DNA from: Dehalococcoidia bacterium
GTDB taxonomy: Bacteria > Chloroflexota > Dehalococcoidia > SM23-28-2 > RBG-16-64-32
Reading direction: 5' to 3'
Assembly: GCA_963665775.2 (NCBI GenBank)
Contig: CAXXTF010000002.1
Location: 1,408,001-1,472,000 of the forward strand
Length of the DNA: 64,000 nt
Numbering within the stretch: position 1 is the stretch's first letter; each line of letters opens with the position of its first letter. Made by a program: the position numbers and the translations under genes. This document shows, one piece after another, positions 63,136 to 64,000 of this stretch. The notes beneath the pieces are model-generated. The model ran no database searches. It was not told the origin of the DNA and saw only the letters and a list, made by a program, of their open reading frames with translations.

Positions 63136-63324
63136 CAGAGGGCTCCCCCTTGTTCGCAGGTAAGTCTCGCAGTTGCTCCTCTGGCGGCTCCTTACCCCCG
63201 TGTACCTTTCGCTCGTGTTCCTTGATCACTCGCCCTGAAGATAAGCTTATGTGGAGGCATGAGCATAAGGTGTCAATATTACCGTGTCAATATGTTCGAT
63301 GAAGAATGGAGTGAGCGGTCAAGC

Positions 63325-63993
63325 CTAGGCGGGGGAACGCAGTCTGCTTATCAAGGTTTGGAACTCGCAGCGGGCGCAGAACTCGTAGGCCTCCACGAGG
63401 ACGAAGAGGATCACGCCGCCCCAGAGATAGGCCGCCAGCACGTCGCTCGGCCAATGCGCGCCAGTGTATACCCGCTGGAGGCCCATCAGAGCGATCACCG
63501 CTAGGCTGGACCATCGCACCCATCGCCGTATCCGAGGACTGGCGATGAGCCACTCAGAGGCGAAGTAGACGAATCCCCACAGCAGAACCGCGCCCAACAC
63601 ATGGCCGCTGGGAAAGGAGAACCCACCCGCCTGCTCCGTGACCTCCACCTGGAATGGCGAGGGCCGTGGCCTCTCCACCAGCTCCTTCAGCAGGAATGCC
63701 GAACCGCGGGCGATCACGGCTAGGACCATAAACAACGCCATCAGCCGTTGCCTTCGCAACGTCATGAGGGCCACTATCGCTAGTGCGATGAGCTGGAACA
63801 CGGGTGAGAGCCCGATACGATAGACGAATTCGCTAAGCAGGTCCAGGCCGGGGAGGCGCACGTCCTGGACTGCTCGTGCCAGGGTTACGTCCCCCGGAGG
63901 GTAGGCGCCGAAGAAAGCGAGCGCCGTCAGGGCGATGGCAGCGATAAATGCCGCAAGCCACAGTCCCCACTGTCTGGGGCCAGGGGCTAGCAT
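63325..63993 (-). CDS. PAP2 family membrane phosphatase
   Basis: K..VERPRP, SFPSGH, RVYTGAHWPSDV; start may lie beyond the window. Confidence 0.88.
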   Translation of the reverse strand: MLAPGPRQWGLWLAAFIAAIALTALAFFGAYPPGDVTLARAVQDVRLPGLDLLSEFVYRIGLSPVFQLIALAIVALMTLRRQRLMALFMVLAVIARGSAFLLKELVERPRPSPFQVEVTEQAGGFSFPSGHVLGAVLLWGFVYFASEWLIASPRIRRWVRWSSLAVIALMGLQRVYTGAHWPSDVLAAYLWGGVILFVLVEAYEFCARCEFQTLISRLRSPA

Positions 63994-64000
63994 GGTCTGC

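Overview
GC-rich bacterial chromosome segment; gene content suggests Chloroflexota, Dehalococcoidia-like (inference). 1-15.7 kb is mostly housekeeping: UROD-like, ribF, tyrS, three FmdB zinc-ribbon paralogs, translin, FKBP, uvrA, a RAYT transposase, ferredoxin, thiE and an atypical OmpR regulator. An intact tRNA-Lys(UUU) at 15856 opens a roughly 36 kb integration hotspot with two more tRNA-Lys 3' ends, three tRNA-Gly(CCC) 3' ends, conserved att-flanking motifs and two related tyrosine integrases. Its cargo is Pro/Thr-linker lipoproteins, a nitrogen-assimilation cluster, osmotic-stress genes, IS debris and a capsid-less terminase/ParB/methylase module. The right end has IS1380, a selD-nucleotidyltransferase-phosphomutase operon and pentose-phosphate genes. 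Best candidate for an undescribed system: two complete c-di-AMP (ydaO/yuaA) riboswitch units 20 kb apart, each driving a tiny zinc-ribbon protein of the same family. The window also has many in-frame stops, frameshifts and deletions. All calls come from reading the sequence by eye; no database searches were run.
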